Assembly (NCBI GenBank): GCA_964583105.1
Contig: CAZOUV010000002.1
Span: forward strand, 26,573-90,572
Direction of reading: 5' to 3'
Origin: an uncultured Gammaproteobacteria bacterium
Lineage (GTDB): Bacteria > Patescibacteriota > Microgenomatia > UBA8517
DNA: 64,000 bases
Both the position numbers and the translations under genes were made by a program. The notes under the pieces are model-generated. The model worked only from the letters and a program-made list of their open reading frames with translations. It had not been told where the DNA came from and searched no databases. Positions 37,509-46,586 of this stretch are shown here, piece by piece. Positions within the stretch are counted from its first letter, which is position 1. Every line of letters begins with the position of its first letter.

Positions 37509-38108
37509 ATGCCTGGAGAAAATTTAGAAACCATACAGTCCCCTGAGGTGTTAGGAAGCCAAATTGAGAGACTTAAATTTGACGTGATCCAAGTTCCCCC
37601 ACCCCCCAATTTTCATGGAATAACGGGAGCAGATTTAAGAAATGATGAACCTGCACGCCTTCAGTACTACAAAGAGTTATTAACAAAACAAGCAGAACGA
37701 AATATGCGGGAAACTCTTGGAGTTCGGGATGAAGCTAAGTTTTCCAAGTATACGGGGATGCCTTTGCCCGAAAAGGCAACGAGTGAAGATGGTAGTTTTA
37801 CTCAAACTAGTTTGGAAGCCAGACTTAATGTTTTTAGGGGAGATTGTGATTATCTGGTTGGCGAGGCAAAACAGAAAGGAATTGAGGTACCAAAATTTGA
37901 TTCCGAAACAGGTATTCCTATTCCTCAGGATTCATTACGTGCATTATTGGAAGTCAGAAAATTACAACAAAGTTCTCAACAGAGTGACGAGATGACTCAA
38001 GTAAACGCGGATTTGGAATTGGGTTTGAGAGCATTGGATGAGATGAAAAGGGTAAAAAGAGAAGATGAAGCAGCAAGAAGGGCTCAGGGTTTACCTCCAA
38101 GACAATAG
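37509..38108 (+). CDS. Hypothetical acidic protein (199 aa) inserted between rpsJ and rplC
   Basis: It has no TM helix, I could recognise no family, and it has a Pro run (VPPPPNF). GC is slightly elevated and Arg is often CGC/CGG/CGA. A promoter and terminator follow it. Confidence 0.5.
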   Translation: MPGENLETIQSPEVLGSQIERLKFDVIQVPPPPNFHGITGADLRNDEPARLQYYKELLTKQAERNMRETLGVRDEAKFSKYTGMPLPEKATSEDGSFTQTSLEARLNVFRGDCDYLVGEAKQKGIEVPKFDSETGIPIPQDSLRALLEVRKLQQSSQQSDEMTQVNADLELGLRALDEMKRVKREDEAARRAQGLPPRQ

Positions 38109-38127
38109 ACTGTAAATACACAGTGGC

Positions 38128-38156
38128 TTGCGTGGAAGAGTTTCCTCTGGTATAAT
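38128..38156 (+). promoter_or_regulatory. sigma70-like promoter (TTGCGT-17-TATAAT) downstream of the orphan ORF, upstream of rplC
   Basis: -35 at 38128-38133 and -10 at 38151-38156. Confidence 0.45.
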
Positions 38157-38162
38157 GCTTGC

Positions 38163-38251
38163 ATCGTGGTGGGAGTGATTGAAATTAATATCACTTGAAG
38201 TTTCCAGGGTGGAAGTGCCATTTGATATAAGGCGCCCTTGGCGCCTTTTTT
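38163..38251 (+). ncRNA. Candidate short structured RNA / transcription-attenuator leader (~85 nt) ending in an intrinsic terminator
   Basis: Between the promoter and rplC lie two predicted hairpins (GTGAT...ATCAC; CACTT...AAGTG) and then a terminator. The region is GC-enriched relative to its surroundings. Confidence 0.35.
38229..38251 (+). terminator. Strong intrinsic terminator (AAGGCGCC-ctt-GGCGCCTT + TTTT) 16 nt upstream of rplC
   Basis: A perfect 8-bp GC-rich stem with a 3-nt loop, then a T-run. Confidence 0.7.
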
Positions 38252-38266
38252 AGTGTTTTAGAAATT

Positions 38267-39028
38267 ATGATTAAAACGATATTGGGATCGAAAGGAAAAA
38301 TGGGTCAAACTTATGTTGCAGGAACTCGGGTTCCTGTTACTTCTGTTTCCATTTCCCCTTCAGTTGTAACTCAAGTCAAGACTAATGAAAAAGATGGCTA
38401 TTGGGGTATTCAGATTGGTTACGGAAATAAAAGGATTAAATCAACCTCAAAACCACTTCAAGGACACCTCAAAAAAACCTCAACAAAAGAATTTTCACCC
38501 AAGTTTTTAAGAGAAATTAGATCAGAAAAAGAAACTGAGATTAAAGTCGGAGACCAAATAAAGGCCTCCGACATTTTTAAGGTGGGAGATAAAATTGCGG
38601 TTCAAGGAATTTCCAAAGGAAAAGGTTTTGCAGGAGTTGTCAAAAGATGGCGTTTTGCGGGTGGACCTAAAACTCATGGACAAAGCGATCGCCAAAGAGC
38701 TCCCGGTTCAATCGGTCAAACAACTACACCAGGCAGGGTTTTTAAGGGAAAGCATATGGCAGGAAGAATGGGGGGAGATATGGTTACTACAAAAAATCTT
38801 CATGTAATTTCCTTAGACTTTGAAAAAAATGAAATGCTTGTTTCAGGGGCAATACCTGGCAAGTTTGGAGATCTATTGAAAATTACCAGAATTTCTGAGG
38901 GAAGTCTCAAAGATCTTGAACGAGGTACCGTTGTTCAGGTTGTTGAGGGAGAATCAGCAAAAATAGCAGGGGGAGGAGCGTCTGTGGCTTCCGCTCCGGT
39001 TTCAACAGAAGGAGGAACAAATGCTTAA
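38267..39028 (+). CDS. rplC: 50S ribosomal protein L3 (with C-terminal extension)
   Basis: GQTYVAGTRVPVT...FAGVVKRWRFAGGPKTHGQSDRQRAPGSIG. Confidence 0.9.
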   Translation: MIKTILGSKGKMGQTYVAGTRVPVTSVSISPSVVTQVKTNEKDGYWGIQIGYGNKRIKSTSKPLQGHLKKTSTKEFSPKFLREIRSEKETEIKVGDQIKASDIFKVGDKIAVQGISKGKGFAGVVKRWRFAGGPKTHGQSDRQRAPGSIGQTTTPGRVFKGKHMAGRMGGDMVTTKNLHVISLDFEKNEMLVSGAIPGKFGDLLKITRISEGSLKDLERGTVVQVVEGESAKIAGGGASVASAPVSTEGGTNA

Positions 39029-39674
39029 GGGAAAAACATATTCACTTAAAGGAATAAAGTTGGAAGAGATATCTTTACCTAAAGAGTTTGGGGAAAAGGA
39101 AAACCCTTCTCTTTTGGCTCAGGCGGTAAGAGTATATGAAGAAAGATCTCACGTTGGTCTTGCTAAAACCAAAACAAGAACTGAAGTAAACAGAACGACC
39201 AAAAAGGTATACAAGCAAAAAGGAACAGGTGGAGCAAGACATGGAGCAAGATCGGCTCCGATTTATGTAGGTGGAGGAACGGCTCACGGACCAAAACCTA
39301 TAAGAAGGATATTGACCCTACCTAAAAAGATGACCAAACTTGCCCTTTCTCAGTCTTTAAGTATGAAATTGTCCCAAAAACAGGTTTTTGTAATTTCAGG
39401 AATTGAAAAGATTGTCAAAACCAAAGAGGCAAGGGATTTTTTGAAAAAACTTACAAAGTCTGAAGATATCAAAATCAAAAAGTTTACACTTATTTTAAGT
39501 AAAAAGAATATTCAGACAAAAAGGTTTCTTAAAAATCTTGAAAATGTCAGGATAGAAATTTTTGAAAATATGAATGCATTTAAGGTTCTTTTGGGGGGAA
39601 TATTGATTTTTGATAAAGAGATATTTGTTAGCGCCAAGGCTGTTGGAAAGTTGGGAAAGGAAGCTAAAAAATGA
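39021..39674 (+). CDS. rplD: 50S ribosomal protein L4
   Basis: KQKGTGGARHGARSAPIYVGGGTAHGPKP. Confidence 0.9.
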   Translation: MLKGKTYSLKGIKLEEISLPKEFGEKENPSLLAQAVRVYEERSHVGLAKTKTRTEVNRTTKKVYKQKGTGGARHGARSAPIYVGGGTAHGPKPIRRILTLPKKMTKLALSQSLSMKLSQKQVFVISGIEKIVKTKEARDFLKKLTKSEDIKIKKFTLILSKKNIQTKRFLKNLENVRIEIFENMNAFKVLLGGILIFDKEIFVSAKAVGKLGKEAKK

Positions 39675-39955
39675 ATATCACACCTATATTAACAGAAAAA
39701 AGTTTGAGTTTAGCCAAAGACGGAGGCTATAGCTTTATTCTAGATAAAGGTTTAGCTAAACCTGAAATAGTTAAATTAATTAATCAGGTGTATGGGGTTC
39801 ATGTAACTAAAGTAAGAACGATGAATTATAAAGCGGGAGAAAAAAGGAACAACCGAGGAAGAAGGGTTGAGATAAAGGCTTTCAAGAAGGTAATCGTTAA
39901 TTTGGCCAAAGATGAAAAAATTGATGCTTTTGAAGTAAAGAAGGGAAAGAAATAA
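39671..39955 (+). CDS. rplW: 50S ribosomal protein L23
   Basis: ILTEKSLSLAKDGGYSF...VHVTKVRTMNYKAG. It lies 3' of L4 and 5' of L2. Confidence 0.85.
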   Translation: MNITPILTEKSLSLAKDGGYSFILDKGLAKPEIVKLINQVYGVHVTKVRTMNYKAGEKRNNRGRRVEIKAFKKVIVNLAKDEKIDAFEVKKGKK

Positions 39956-39956
39956 T

Positions 39957-40712
39957 ATGAACAAGAAAGTAAAATGGTTGCTATCCAAAAAATCTGGCAG
40001 AAATAATAGCGGGAAACTTACCGTTAGGCATCAGGGTGGAAGATCAAAAAGATATTTCAGGGAAATTGATTTTAAAAGATTCAAAAAAGATGTTTGGGGT
40101 AAGGTGGAGGTTATAGAATATGATCCAAATAGGAGTGCAGAAATTGCCCTTATCTTATATGAAGATGGAGAAAGAAACTATATTCTTGCTCCGTTGGGTT
40201 TGGAAGTCGGTAAGAAGATAATTGCATCCGAAGTAGCTCCTATTGAAGCGGCAAATGCAATACCGCTTGATAAAATTCCGATTGGGACTATTATCCACAA
40301 TATTGAGATTAAACCTGGGATGGGGGCATCACTGGTTAAAAGTGCGGGAAGTGCAGCAATATTACAGGGAAAAGAGGGTAAATGGGTTCTTGTAAAGCTT
40401 CCTTCAGGGGAAATTAGAAGATTTGATCCCAAAGCTTGGGCAACAATCGGACAGGTCGGAAGGATTGATGCTAAGATTGAAAGGTTGGGTAAGGCCGGAA
40501 GAAAAAGGTGGGCAGGTATAAGACCGAGAGTAAGGGGAGTTGCAATGCATCCTCATGCCCATCCTCACGGAGGAGGAGAAGGAAGAAGTTCTGTCGGACT
40601 TAAATATCCTAAAACCGTTTATGGAAAAATGGCAGTAGGAAAGACAAGAAATAAGAAGAAATATTCGAATAAACTAATTATCGAACACAGAAGGAAAGGA
40701 AAGCACAGTTAA
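39957..40712 (+). CDS. rplB: 50S ribosomal protein L2
   Basis: The HPHGGGEG motif in a 251-aa ORF. Confidence 0.95.
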   Translation: MNKKVKWLLSKKSGRNNSGKLTVRHQGGRSKRYFREIDFKRFKKDVWGKVEVIEYDPNRSAEIALILYEDGERNYILAPLGLEVGKKIIASEVAPIEAANAIPLDKIPIGTIIHNIEIKPGMGASLVKSAGSAAILQGKEGKWVLVKLPSGEIRRFDPKAWATIGQVGRIDAKIERLGKAGRKRWAGIRPRVRGVAMHPHAHPHGGGEGRSSVGLKYPKTVYGKMAVGKTRNKKKYSNKLIIEHRRKGKHS

Positions 40713-40716
40713 TATT

Positions 40717-40998
40717 ATGTCAAGATCAAGTAAAAAAGGACCATATGTAGATGAAAGACTTGTAAAAAAAGTCCAAGCCGGCATGGGAACAAAGGAAAAT
40801 CCGATTAAAACATGGTCCAGAGCATGTCAGATTCCCCCCGAATTTGTAGGAAAATATTTTCAGGTTCATAACGGCAGAATATTTATAGATGTTTTTGCAA
40901 CCGAAGATATGGTGGGGCATCGTTTGGGAGAGTTTTCTCCCACAAGAACATTTAGGGGACATGGAGAAATAGTTAAAAGGACGTTGGATAAAACTTAA
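40717..40998 (+). CDS. rpsS: 30S ribosomal protein S19
   Basis: [14 protein letters not shown]...[28 protein letters not shown]. Confidence 0.9.
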   Translation: MSRSSKKGPYVDERLVKKVQAGMGTKENPIKTWSRACQIPPEFVGKYFQVHNGRIFIDVFATEDMVGHRLGEFSPTRTFRGHGEIVKRTLDKT

Positions 40999-40999
40999 T

Positions 41000-41401
41000 A
41001 TGGATATTAAAGCCGAACAAAAATATTTATTAATTTCACCTAAAAAAGTAAGGGTTGTTGTGGAAATGATCAAAAGATTAAAACCACCCCTTGCTGTTGA
41101 AAGCTTAAGTTTGGTGCAAAAAGCAGCAGCAGAGCCTTTAAGAAAGGTTATTCTTTCGGCAATTGCCAATGCCAAAGTGAAGGGAGTAAGTGAAGACACA
41201 CTTTTTTTTAAGGAAATACAAATCGGGGAAGGACCAAGGTTGAAAAGAGGAATTGCTGTTTCCCGGGGTCAATGGCACCCCATTAAAAAAAGGATGAGTC
41301 ACATAAGGGTGGTTTTGCAAACAAAAGAAGAGGAAAAAGAAATCAAAAAAGAAATTAAGGAAGTTGAAGAGGAAAAGAAAGGAGTAAAGAAACAGGTTTA
41401 A
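41000..41401 (+). CDS. rplV: 50S ribosomal protein L22 (with K/E-rich tail)
   Basis: AKVKGVSEDTLFFKEIQIGEGPRLKR. It lies between S19 and S3. Confidence 0.85.
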   Translation: MDIKAEQKYLLISPKKVRVVVEMIKRLKPPLAVESLSLVQKAAAEPLRKVILSAIANAKVKGVSEDTLFFKEIQIGEGPRLKRGIAVSRGQWHPIKKRMSHIRVVLQTKEEEKEIKKEIKEVEEEKKGVKKQV

Positions 41402-41417
41402 CTTGTAATTTATTAAA

Positions 41418-42071
41418 ATGGGACAAAAAATTAATCCAATCGGCATAAGAATAGGTTCATTTTTACCTTGGAAATCACGCTGGTTTTCCAGCAATTCTAA
41501 TTTCAGCAAATATCTTATTGAAGATGTTTTAATAAGACGTGCATTATTGGCAAGACTTAAGCTTTCCGGAATTACTGCGGTTGAGATAGAAAGGTTGCCC
41601 AAAAGTATGGTTATAGCAGTTTCTGTATCAAGGCCAGGAATTGTCATAGGCAGAGGAGGAAGCGGTATTGAGGAAATTAAAAAATATATCGTAGATATAA
41701 TTTCCAAATCCAGAGGTAAAAAACTCACGGATATTAAGATTGATTTTAAAGTAAACGAGATTAAAAATTCTGAACTTTCAGCAAAATTAATTGCGGAAAG
41801 GGTTGCAAGCGATTTGGAAAAAAGAATGCCTCAACGAAGAGTTGTGACCCGAGCCATGGAAAGAGCTTTAGCATCCGGTGCAAAAGGAGTAAAAATCGTA
41901 TTGGGAGGAAGAATTCAGGGGGCTGAGATTTCGAGGGTAGAAAAATATCACATGGGTTCGGTTCCAAGCCAGACATTAAGAGCAGCAATTGATTACGCAC
42001 AAGTCCCTGCTCTTCTTAAGAGGGGATATGTGGGAGTTAAGGTTTGGGTTCACAAAAAGGAGGAAGATTAA
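41418..42071 (+). CDS. rpsC: 30S ribosomal protein S3
   Basis: MGQKINPIGIRIG, a KH domain, and the S3 C-terminal domain. Confidence 0.9.
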   Translation: MGQKINPIGIRIGSFLPWKSRWFSSNSNFSKYLIEDVLIRRALLARLKLSGITAVEIERLPKSMVIAVSVSRPGIVIGRGGSGIEEIKKYIVDIISKSRGKKLTDIKIDFKVNEIKNSELSAKLIAERVASDLEKRMPQRRVVTRAMERALASGAKGVKIVLGGRIQGAEISRVEKYHMGSVPSQTLRAAIDYAQVPALLKRGYVGVKVWVHKKEED

Positions 42072-42072
42072 T

Positions 42073-42486
42073 ATGGCAATGCAACCTAAAAGGAGTAAAT
42101 ATATTAAAAATTTCAGAGGAAGAAGAAGGGGGGTTTCTTCCCGCGGAGCAGAACTTGCCTTTGGAGAATTTGGTTTGAAGGCTCAGGAGGTAGCTTGGGT
42201 GACGGGACAACAAATAGAAGCAGCAAGGCGTGCAATAACTCACGAATTGAGAAAAGGTGGAAGGGTTTGGATAAGGATTTTCCCTGATAAGCCGGTAAGT
42301 GCAAAGCCCGCAGGAAAGCGCATGGGTGGGGGAAAGGGTGATATTGCTAAACATGTGGTTACCGTCAGACCCGGACGGATTCTTTTTGAAGTTGCCGGAA
42401 CGACCGAGGAAATTGTAAAATCGGCATTTGCAAAAGCTGCAGTCAAATTACCGATTAAAACAAAGTTTATTAAGAAGGAAAATTAA
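42073..42486 (+). CDS. rplP: 50S ribosomal protein L16
   Basis: MAMQPKRSKYIKNFRGRRRG...RMGGGKGD; the start is at the ATG at 42073. Confidence 0.9.
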   Translation: MAMQPKRSKYIKNFRGRRRGVSSRGAELAFGEFGLKAQEVAWVTGQQIEAARRAITHELRKGGRVWIRIFPDKPVSAKPAGKRMGGGKGDIAKHVVTVRPGRILFEVAGTTEEIVKSAFAKAAVKLPIKTKFIKKEN

Positions 42487-42493
42487 TTAAAAT

Positions 42494-42721
42494 ATGAAGA
42501 AAAACGATTTTAAAAATTTAAAAACGAAAAAGACAGAAGATTTAAGGAAAGTTGTTTCCGAAAAGAAAAACGAACTTATCAAACTTATTTCCAATAAGTC
42601 TTCCAAGACGGAGAAAAATGTTAAGAAAGCAAAAAATTTGAAGAGGGAAGTTTCTCAGATACTGACTTTGATAAGAGAAATGGAGATAATTAATAAAGAA
42701 GGTGACAAAGACGTAAAATAA
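42494..42721 (+). CDS. rpmC: 50S ribosomal protein L29
   Basis: A small 75-aa helical protein, KTEDLRKVVSEKKNELIKL, in the canonical position between L16 and S17. Confidence 0.8.
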   Translation: MKKNDFKNLKTKKTEDLRKVVSEKKNELIKLISNKSSKTEKNVKKAKNLKREVSQILTLIREMEIINKEGDKDVK

Positions 42722-42745
42722 ACGGGTATTAAATTTAGAGAAATT

Positions 42746-42964
42746 ATGAAAATATTTACAGGAAAAGTTATAGCTAAAAAAACACAGAAAACAGCAACTG
42801 TTGAGGTTGAAAGAACGGTTGTTCACGCTTTATATGGCAAAAGATATAAAAGGGCCAAAAAGTATCAGGTAGATGATGAAATCGGAGTAAATATTGGTGA
42901 TGTGGTCAAATTTGTTTCTTGCAAACCTGTAAGTAAGTTGAAGAAATGGAGGATTATTAAATGA
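42746..42964 (+). CDS. rpsQ: 30S ribosomal protein S17
   Basis: GKVIAKKTQKTATVEVERTVVHALYGKRYKR. Confidence 0.9.
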   Translation: MKIFTGKVIAKKTQKTATVEVERTVVHALYGKRYKRAKKYQVDDEIGVNIGDVVKFVSCKPVSKLKKWRIIK

Positions 42965-43326
42965 TACAACTAAGAACCATGCTTGTTCCGGCTGATAATT
43001 CCGGAGCAAAAAGATTGATGGTTATTGGTATTTCGTCAAAAATAGGTAAAATTGCCTCTCTAGGAGATGTTGTTTTATGTATCGTTAAGGGTGCTGATTC
43101 GGCTGGAATCGTTGCCGATCACGAGAAGGTAAAGGTTTTAATTGTTAGAACAAAAAAAGAAGTTTCAAGGGTAGATGGAAGTTATTTGAGATTTGACGAC
43201 AATGCGGGAGTGGTTATTGATAAACAAGGACTTCCAAGGGGAACCAGAATTTTGGGTCCTATCGCCAGAGAAATTAAGGAAGTCGGATACAATAAAATTG
43301 CATCTTTGGCAAGAGAGGTAGTTTAA
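42961..43326 (+). CDS. rplN: 50S ribosomal protein L14
   Basis: MIQLRTMLVPADNSGAK...GDVVLCIVKGA. Confidence 0.9.
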   Translation: MIQLRTMLVPADNSGAKRLMVIGISSKIGKIASLGDVVLCIVKGADSAGIVADHEKVKVLIVRTKKEVSRVDGSYLRFDDNAGVVIDKQGLPRGTRILGPIAREIKEVGYNKIASLAREVV

Positions 43327-43331
43327 AAAAT

Positions 43332-43643
43332 ATGAAATTTAAAATTGGAGATAATATAAAAATAACTGCCGGTAAAGACAAGGGTAGAGATGGAAAAATT
43401 GAAAAAGTCTTTCCTAAAACATCTAAGGTTTTGGTTCCGGGAATTAATCTTTACAAAAAACATGTAAAAGGTTTCCAAGGCCAAAAGGGTGGAATATATG
43501 ATATTCCCAGACCATTAAATTTGGCCAAAATTGCCTTAATATGCCCAAAGTGCAAAAAAATATCCAAGATTGGATATACGTTAAAGGGAGAAAAGAAAGC
43601 AAGAATTTGCAAGAAGTGTAATAAAGAGATTGATATAAAATAA
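43332..43643 (+). CDS. rplX: 50S ribosomal protein L24 with a C-terminal CxxC...CxxC zinc-ribbon extension
   Basis: An N-terminal KOW domain (KFKIGDNIKITAGKDKGRDGKI) plus a tail CPKCKK...CKKCNK. Confidence 0.85.
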   Translation: MKFKIGDNIKITAGKDKGRDGKIEKVFPKTSKVLVPGINLYKKHVKGFQGQKGGIYDIPRPLNLAKIALICPKCKKISKIGYTLKGEKKARICKKCNKEIDIK

Positions 43644-43665
43644 TAATTAAAAAAGTATTATAAAT

Positions 43666-44220
43666 ATGGCAAAACAAAGATTGCGGGAAAAATACGAAAA
43701 AGACGCAGTAAAGATTTTAGCATCGGAGTTTGGTATTAAAAACCAAATGGCAATACCGAGACTAGTAAAGGTTGTCTTAAATGTGGGAATAGGAAGCATT
43801 GCTAAAAATAAAGAACAAGTAGAAACTCTAAAGAAAGATTTGGCTGCAATTACCGGTCAAAAACCTGCCGTTAAAGTAGCAAAAGTCTCAATTGCTAGTT
43901 TTAGCCTTCGAAGAGGTATGCCTGTAGGAATTGCTGTTACTTTAAGAAGAGAATTAATGTATGCGTTTTTAGACAGACTTTTTTCTATAGTTCTCCCTCG
44001 TTTGAGAGATTTTAGGGGAGTATCAAGGAAAAGTTTTGATAAAAGTGGTAATTACACTTTAGGAGTTATCGAACACACTGTTTTTCCGGAGGTCGATCTG
44101 ACCAAAGCAACTCCTCACGGGCTTGAAATAACAATTGTAATAGAAAACAGCGAACCCAAAGCATCAGAAAGACTTTTGGGGCTTTTAGGAATGCCCTTTG
44201 AGAAAGGAGAGGAAAAATGA
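43666..44220 (+). CDS. rplE: 50S ribosomal protein L5
   Basis: [12 protein letters not shown]...[15 protein letters not shown]. Confidence 0.9.
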   Translation: MAKQRLREKYEKDAVKILASEFGIKNQMAIPRLVKVVLNVGIGSIAKNKEQVETLKKDLAAITGQKPAVKVAKVSIASFSLRRGMPVGIAVTLRRELMYAFLDRLFSIVLPRLRDFRGVSRKSFDKSGNYTLGVIEHTVFPEVDLTKATPHGLEITIVIENSEPKASERLLGLLGMPFEKGEEK

Positions 44221-44402
44221 GTACAGTTGCCAAAGAAAAAAGAGAGGAAAGTAAATTAAAATTTGAGGGACGTTATCGTAACAGATGTAAACTTTGTGGC
44301 AGGGGCAGGGGTTATATGAGAAAATTCGGAGTTTGCAGATTGTGTTTTAGGGAACTTGCTCTTAAGGGAGAAATTCCCGGAGTTAGAAAGGCTAGTTGGT
44401 AA
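44217..44402 (+). CDS. rpsN: 30S ribosomal protein S14 type Z (zinc-binding)
   Basis: A 61-aa ORF with CKLCGRGRG...CRLCFRE (four Cys). Confidence 0.9.
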   Translation: MSTVAKEKREESKLKFEGRYRNRCKLCGRGRGYMRKFGVCRLCFRELALKGEIPGVRKASW

Positions 44403-44404
44403 AT

Positions 44405-44788
44405 ATGTCTGAAACAAATTATCCGGTTGGAAATTTTTTAATAAAGATAAAAAATGCTGCTTTAGCTAAAGACAGGGAGGTTAGGGATGTTTCGTCTAAA
44501 AAGAAAGTAGCTATTGCCAAAGCTCTGGAGAATGTGGGATTTGCGGAAGATGTAAAAACAAAAGATGGGATTTTAAGTCTCAATCTTAAATTTATCAGTA
44601 AAAGCCCCATCATAATGGATATTAAACTTATTTCAAAACCAGGCAGAAGGGTGTATTACAAACTTGCCGACATTGAAGCCAAAAGGGGTCCTTCGATGTA
44701 TTTAGTCAGTACGTCAAAAGGGGTATTTACCACAAAGGAAGTAAAGAAATTGGGATCAGGCGGAGAGGTTATCGCGGAAATCTGGTAA
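44405..44788 (+). CDS. rpsH: 30S ribosomal protein S8
   Basis: YPVGNFLIKIKNA...GGEVIAEIW. Confidence 0.9.
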   Translation: MSETNYPVGNFLIKIKNAALAKDREVRDVSSKKKVAIAKALENVGFAEDVKTKDGILSLNLKFISKSPIIMDIKLISKPGRRVYYKLADIEAKRGPSMYLVSTSKGVFTTKEVKKLGSGGEVIAEIW

Positions 44789-44792
44789 AAAT

Positions 44793-45344
44793 ATGAGCAA
44801 AATCGGAAAACAACCTATTAAATTGACAGAAGGAGTAACGGTTAAAATTGCCGGAGATCTAGTTACCGTTTCTGGTCCAAAAGGAAATCTTGAGAAAAAG
44901 ATTCCGCACGGATTTTCTGTTGAAGAAAAAGATGGCTATTTGACCGTCAGACCGGAAAGTAATACATTTGCACTTTCCCCAAATTACGGCACAACAAGAG
45001 CGCTTTTGGCCAATATTGTTAAAGGTGTATCTCTTGGTTGGAGTAAGGTATTGGAATTGGTCGGAGCAGGTTACAGGGCGGAGATGACGGGCAACACACT
45101 TTCTTTAAATATTGGTTTTTCCCATCCTGTCAAATTTGAAGTACCTGAAGGAATTTCCATAAAAGTTGAAAAAATGTTGATAACAATTGAAGGATCAGAC
45201 AAAGAAGCTGTAGGACAGGCAGCTGCTTTTATAAGAAATATCAGACCCCCCGAGCCATACAAAGGGAAAGGTATAAAATATCAAGATGAAGTGATTAGAA
45301 GGAAAGCCGGAAAAGCAGCAAAAACGGCAGGAGCTCCTGCTTAA
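44793..45344 (+). CDS. rplF: 50S ribosomal protein L6
   Basis: SKIGKQPIKLTEGVTV...VSGPKG; two L6 alpha/beta domains. Confidence 0.9.
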   Translation: MSKIGKQPIKLTEGVTVKIAGDLVTVSGPKGNLEKKIPHGFSVEEKDGYLTVRPESNTFALSPNYGTTRALLANIVKGVSLGWSKVLELVGAGYRAEMTGNTLSLNIGFSHPVKFEVPEGISIKVEKMLITIEGSDKEAVGQAAAFIRNIRPPEPYKGKGIKYQDEVIRRKAGKAAKTAGAPA

Positions 45345-45362
45345 AAAAGGAATTTAATTAAT

Positions 45363-45671
45363 ATGACAAATATAAAATCCGAACAAAGAAAATTGAGAGT
45401 CAGGTCTAAAATCAGAAGACTGAGCAATCGTCCCAGGCTTTCGGTTTTTAGGTCAAATAAATTTATATATGCTCAGATAATCGATGACGAAAAAGGGATT
45501 ACTTTGGCGGCAGCTAAAGGTAACGACCCTGTCAAGGTAGGCGAAGAAATCGCCAAAAGATCTTTAATTAAAAAAATAAAAGAGGTTGTTTTTGACAAAG
45601 GTGAATATAGATATCATGGAAGAATAAAAAACTTAGCTGAAGCCGCTAGAAAGGCCGGACTTAATTTTTAA
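45363..45671 (+). CDS. rplR: 50S ribosomal protein L18
   Basis: [20 protein letters not shown]... Confidence 0.85.
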   Translation: MTNIKSEQRKLRVRSKIRRLSNRPRLSVFRSNKFIYAQIIDDEKGITLAAAKGNDPVKVGEEIAKRSLIKKIKEVVFDKGEYRYHGRIKNLAEAARKAGLNF

Positions 45672-45672
45672 T

Positions 45673-46170
45673 ATGGGAAGAAATTATCAAAATAATTATA
45701 GGGATCAAACTCCCAAAGAGTTTGAGGAAACTGTGGTTCAGATAAACAGAATTTCCAAAAAAACTAAAGGAGGAAATCAGGTGAGATTTTCTGCATTAGT
45801 TGTGGTTGGTGATAAGAAAGGTAGGGTTGGAGTTGGCTTATCAAAGGCAACAGATGTAAGAAGTGCTATCAGAAAAGCAATCGATAAGGCAACCAGAAAT
45901 GTGGTCACAATTAGAATGGCTGGTTCAACACTTCCCTATTCGGTTAACGAAAAGTTTTCTGCGGCAAAAGTTTTGATCAAGCCAGCTCCTTCGGGAAGCG
46001 GGATTATCGCCGGTGGACCCATGAGGGTTGTTTTGGAAGCAGCTGGCGTTAAAGATGCCGTAGGAAAAATACTTGGAACAAACAACAAGATATCAAATGT
46101 ATATGCTACGCTTAAAGCGCTTGAGACAATTTCCGAAATGGCAAAAAGGAAGGAGGGTATAAACAAATGA
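45673..46170 (+). CDS. rpsE: 30S ribosomal protein S5
   Basis: VVQINRISKKTKGG...VVVGDKKGRVGVG... Confidence 0.9.
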   Translation: MGRNYQNNYRDQTPKEFEETVVQINRISKKTKGGNQVRFSALVVVGDKKGRVGVGLSKATDVRSAIRKAIDKATRNVVTIRMAGSTLPYSVNEKFSAAKVLIKPAPSGSGIIAGGPMRVVLEAAGVKDAVGKILGTNNKISNVYATLKALETISEMAKRKEGINK

Positions 46171-46586
46171 CAAATTTACCAAAAGTGGTTGCAACCAGAA
46201 AAAAGAGAATTGGCAGAGGTTATGGATCCGGAAAAGGAGGACACACGACAGGTAAAGGACAGAAGGGTCAAAAGACAAGAACAAAGATAGGGGTACTTTT
46301 TGAGGGAGTTAAAGTTAAAAAATCTTTACTTAAGAGACTTCCTTTTCAGAGAGGCAAAGGAAAGAACAAGGGCGGAAAGGGACCTGTTATTGTAAATGTG
46401 GAGGCTCTAAATATCCTTCCGGCAGGCTCAAGGGTAACAGTGGAGACATTAATTAAATCGAAGATAGTTAATGAAAAAGACGTAAAGATGTATGGAGTTA
46501 AAATATTGGGTAATGGAAAATTGGAGAAGAAATTAACAATTGAAGTACCGGCTTCCAAGTCGGTGTTAAAAAAATTGAATGCTTAA
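46167..46586 (+). CDS. rplO: 50S ribosomal protein L15 (directly follows S5; no L30 gene)
   Basis: [26 protein letters not shown]. It overlaps the rpsE stop. Confidence 0.9.
   Translation: MTNLPKVVATRKKRIGRGYGSGKGGHTTGKGQKGQKTRTKIGVLFEGVKVKKSLLKRLPFQRGKGKNKGGKGPVIVNVEALNILPAGSRVTVETLIKSKIVNEKDVKMYGVKILGNGKLEKKLTIEVPASKSVLKKLNA

Noticed and set aside
38163-38251. Interpreting the structured RNA before rplC as SRP (4.5S) RNA because of a CCAGGGUGGAAG segment
   Set aside because: The helix-8 consensus (GGUCCGGAAGGAAGCAGCC symmetric/asymmetric loops) is not reproduced, and the 5'/3' ends do not pair into the SRP Alu/S-domain fold. It is kept as a candidate leader or sRNA only.
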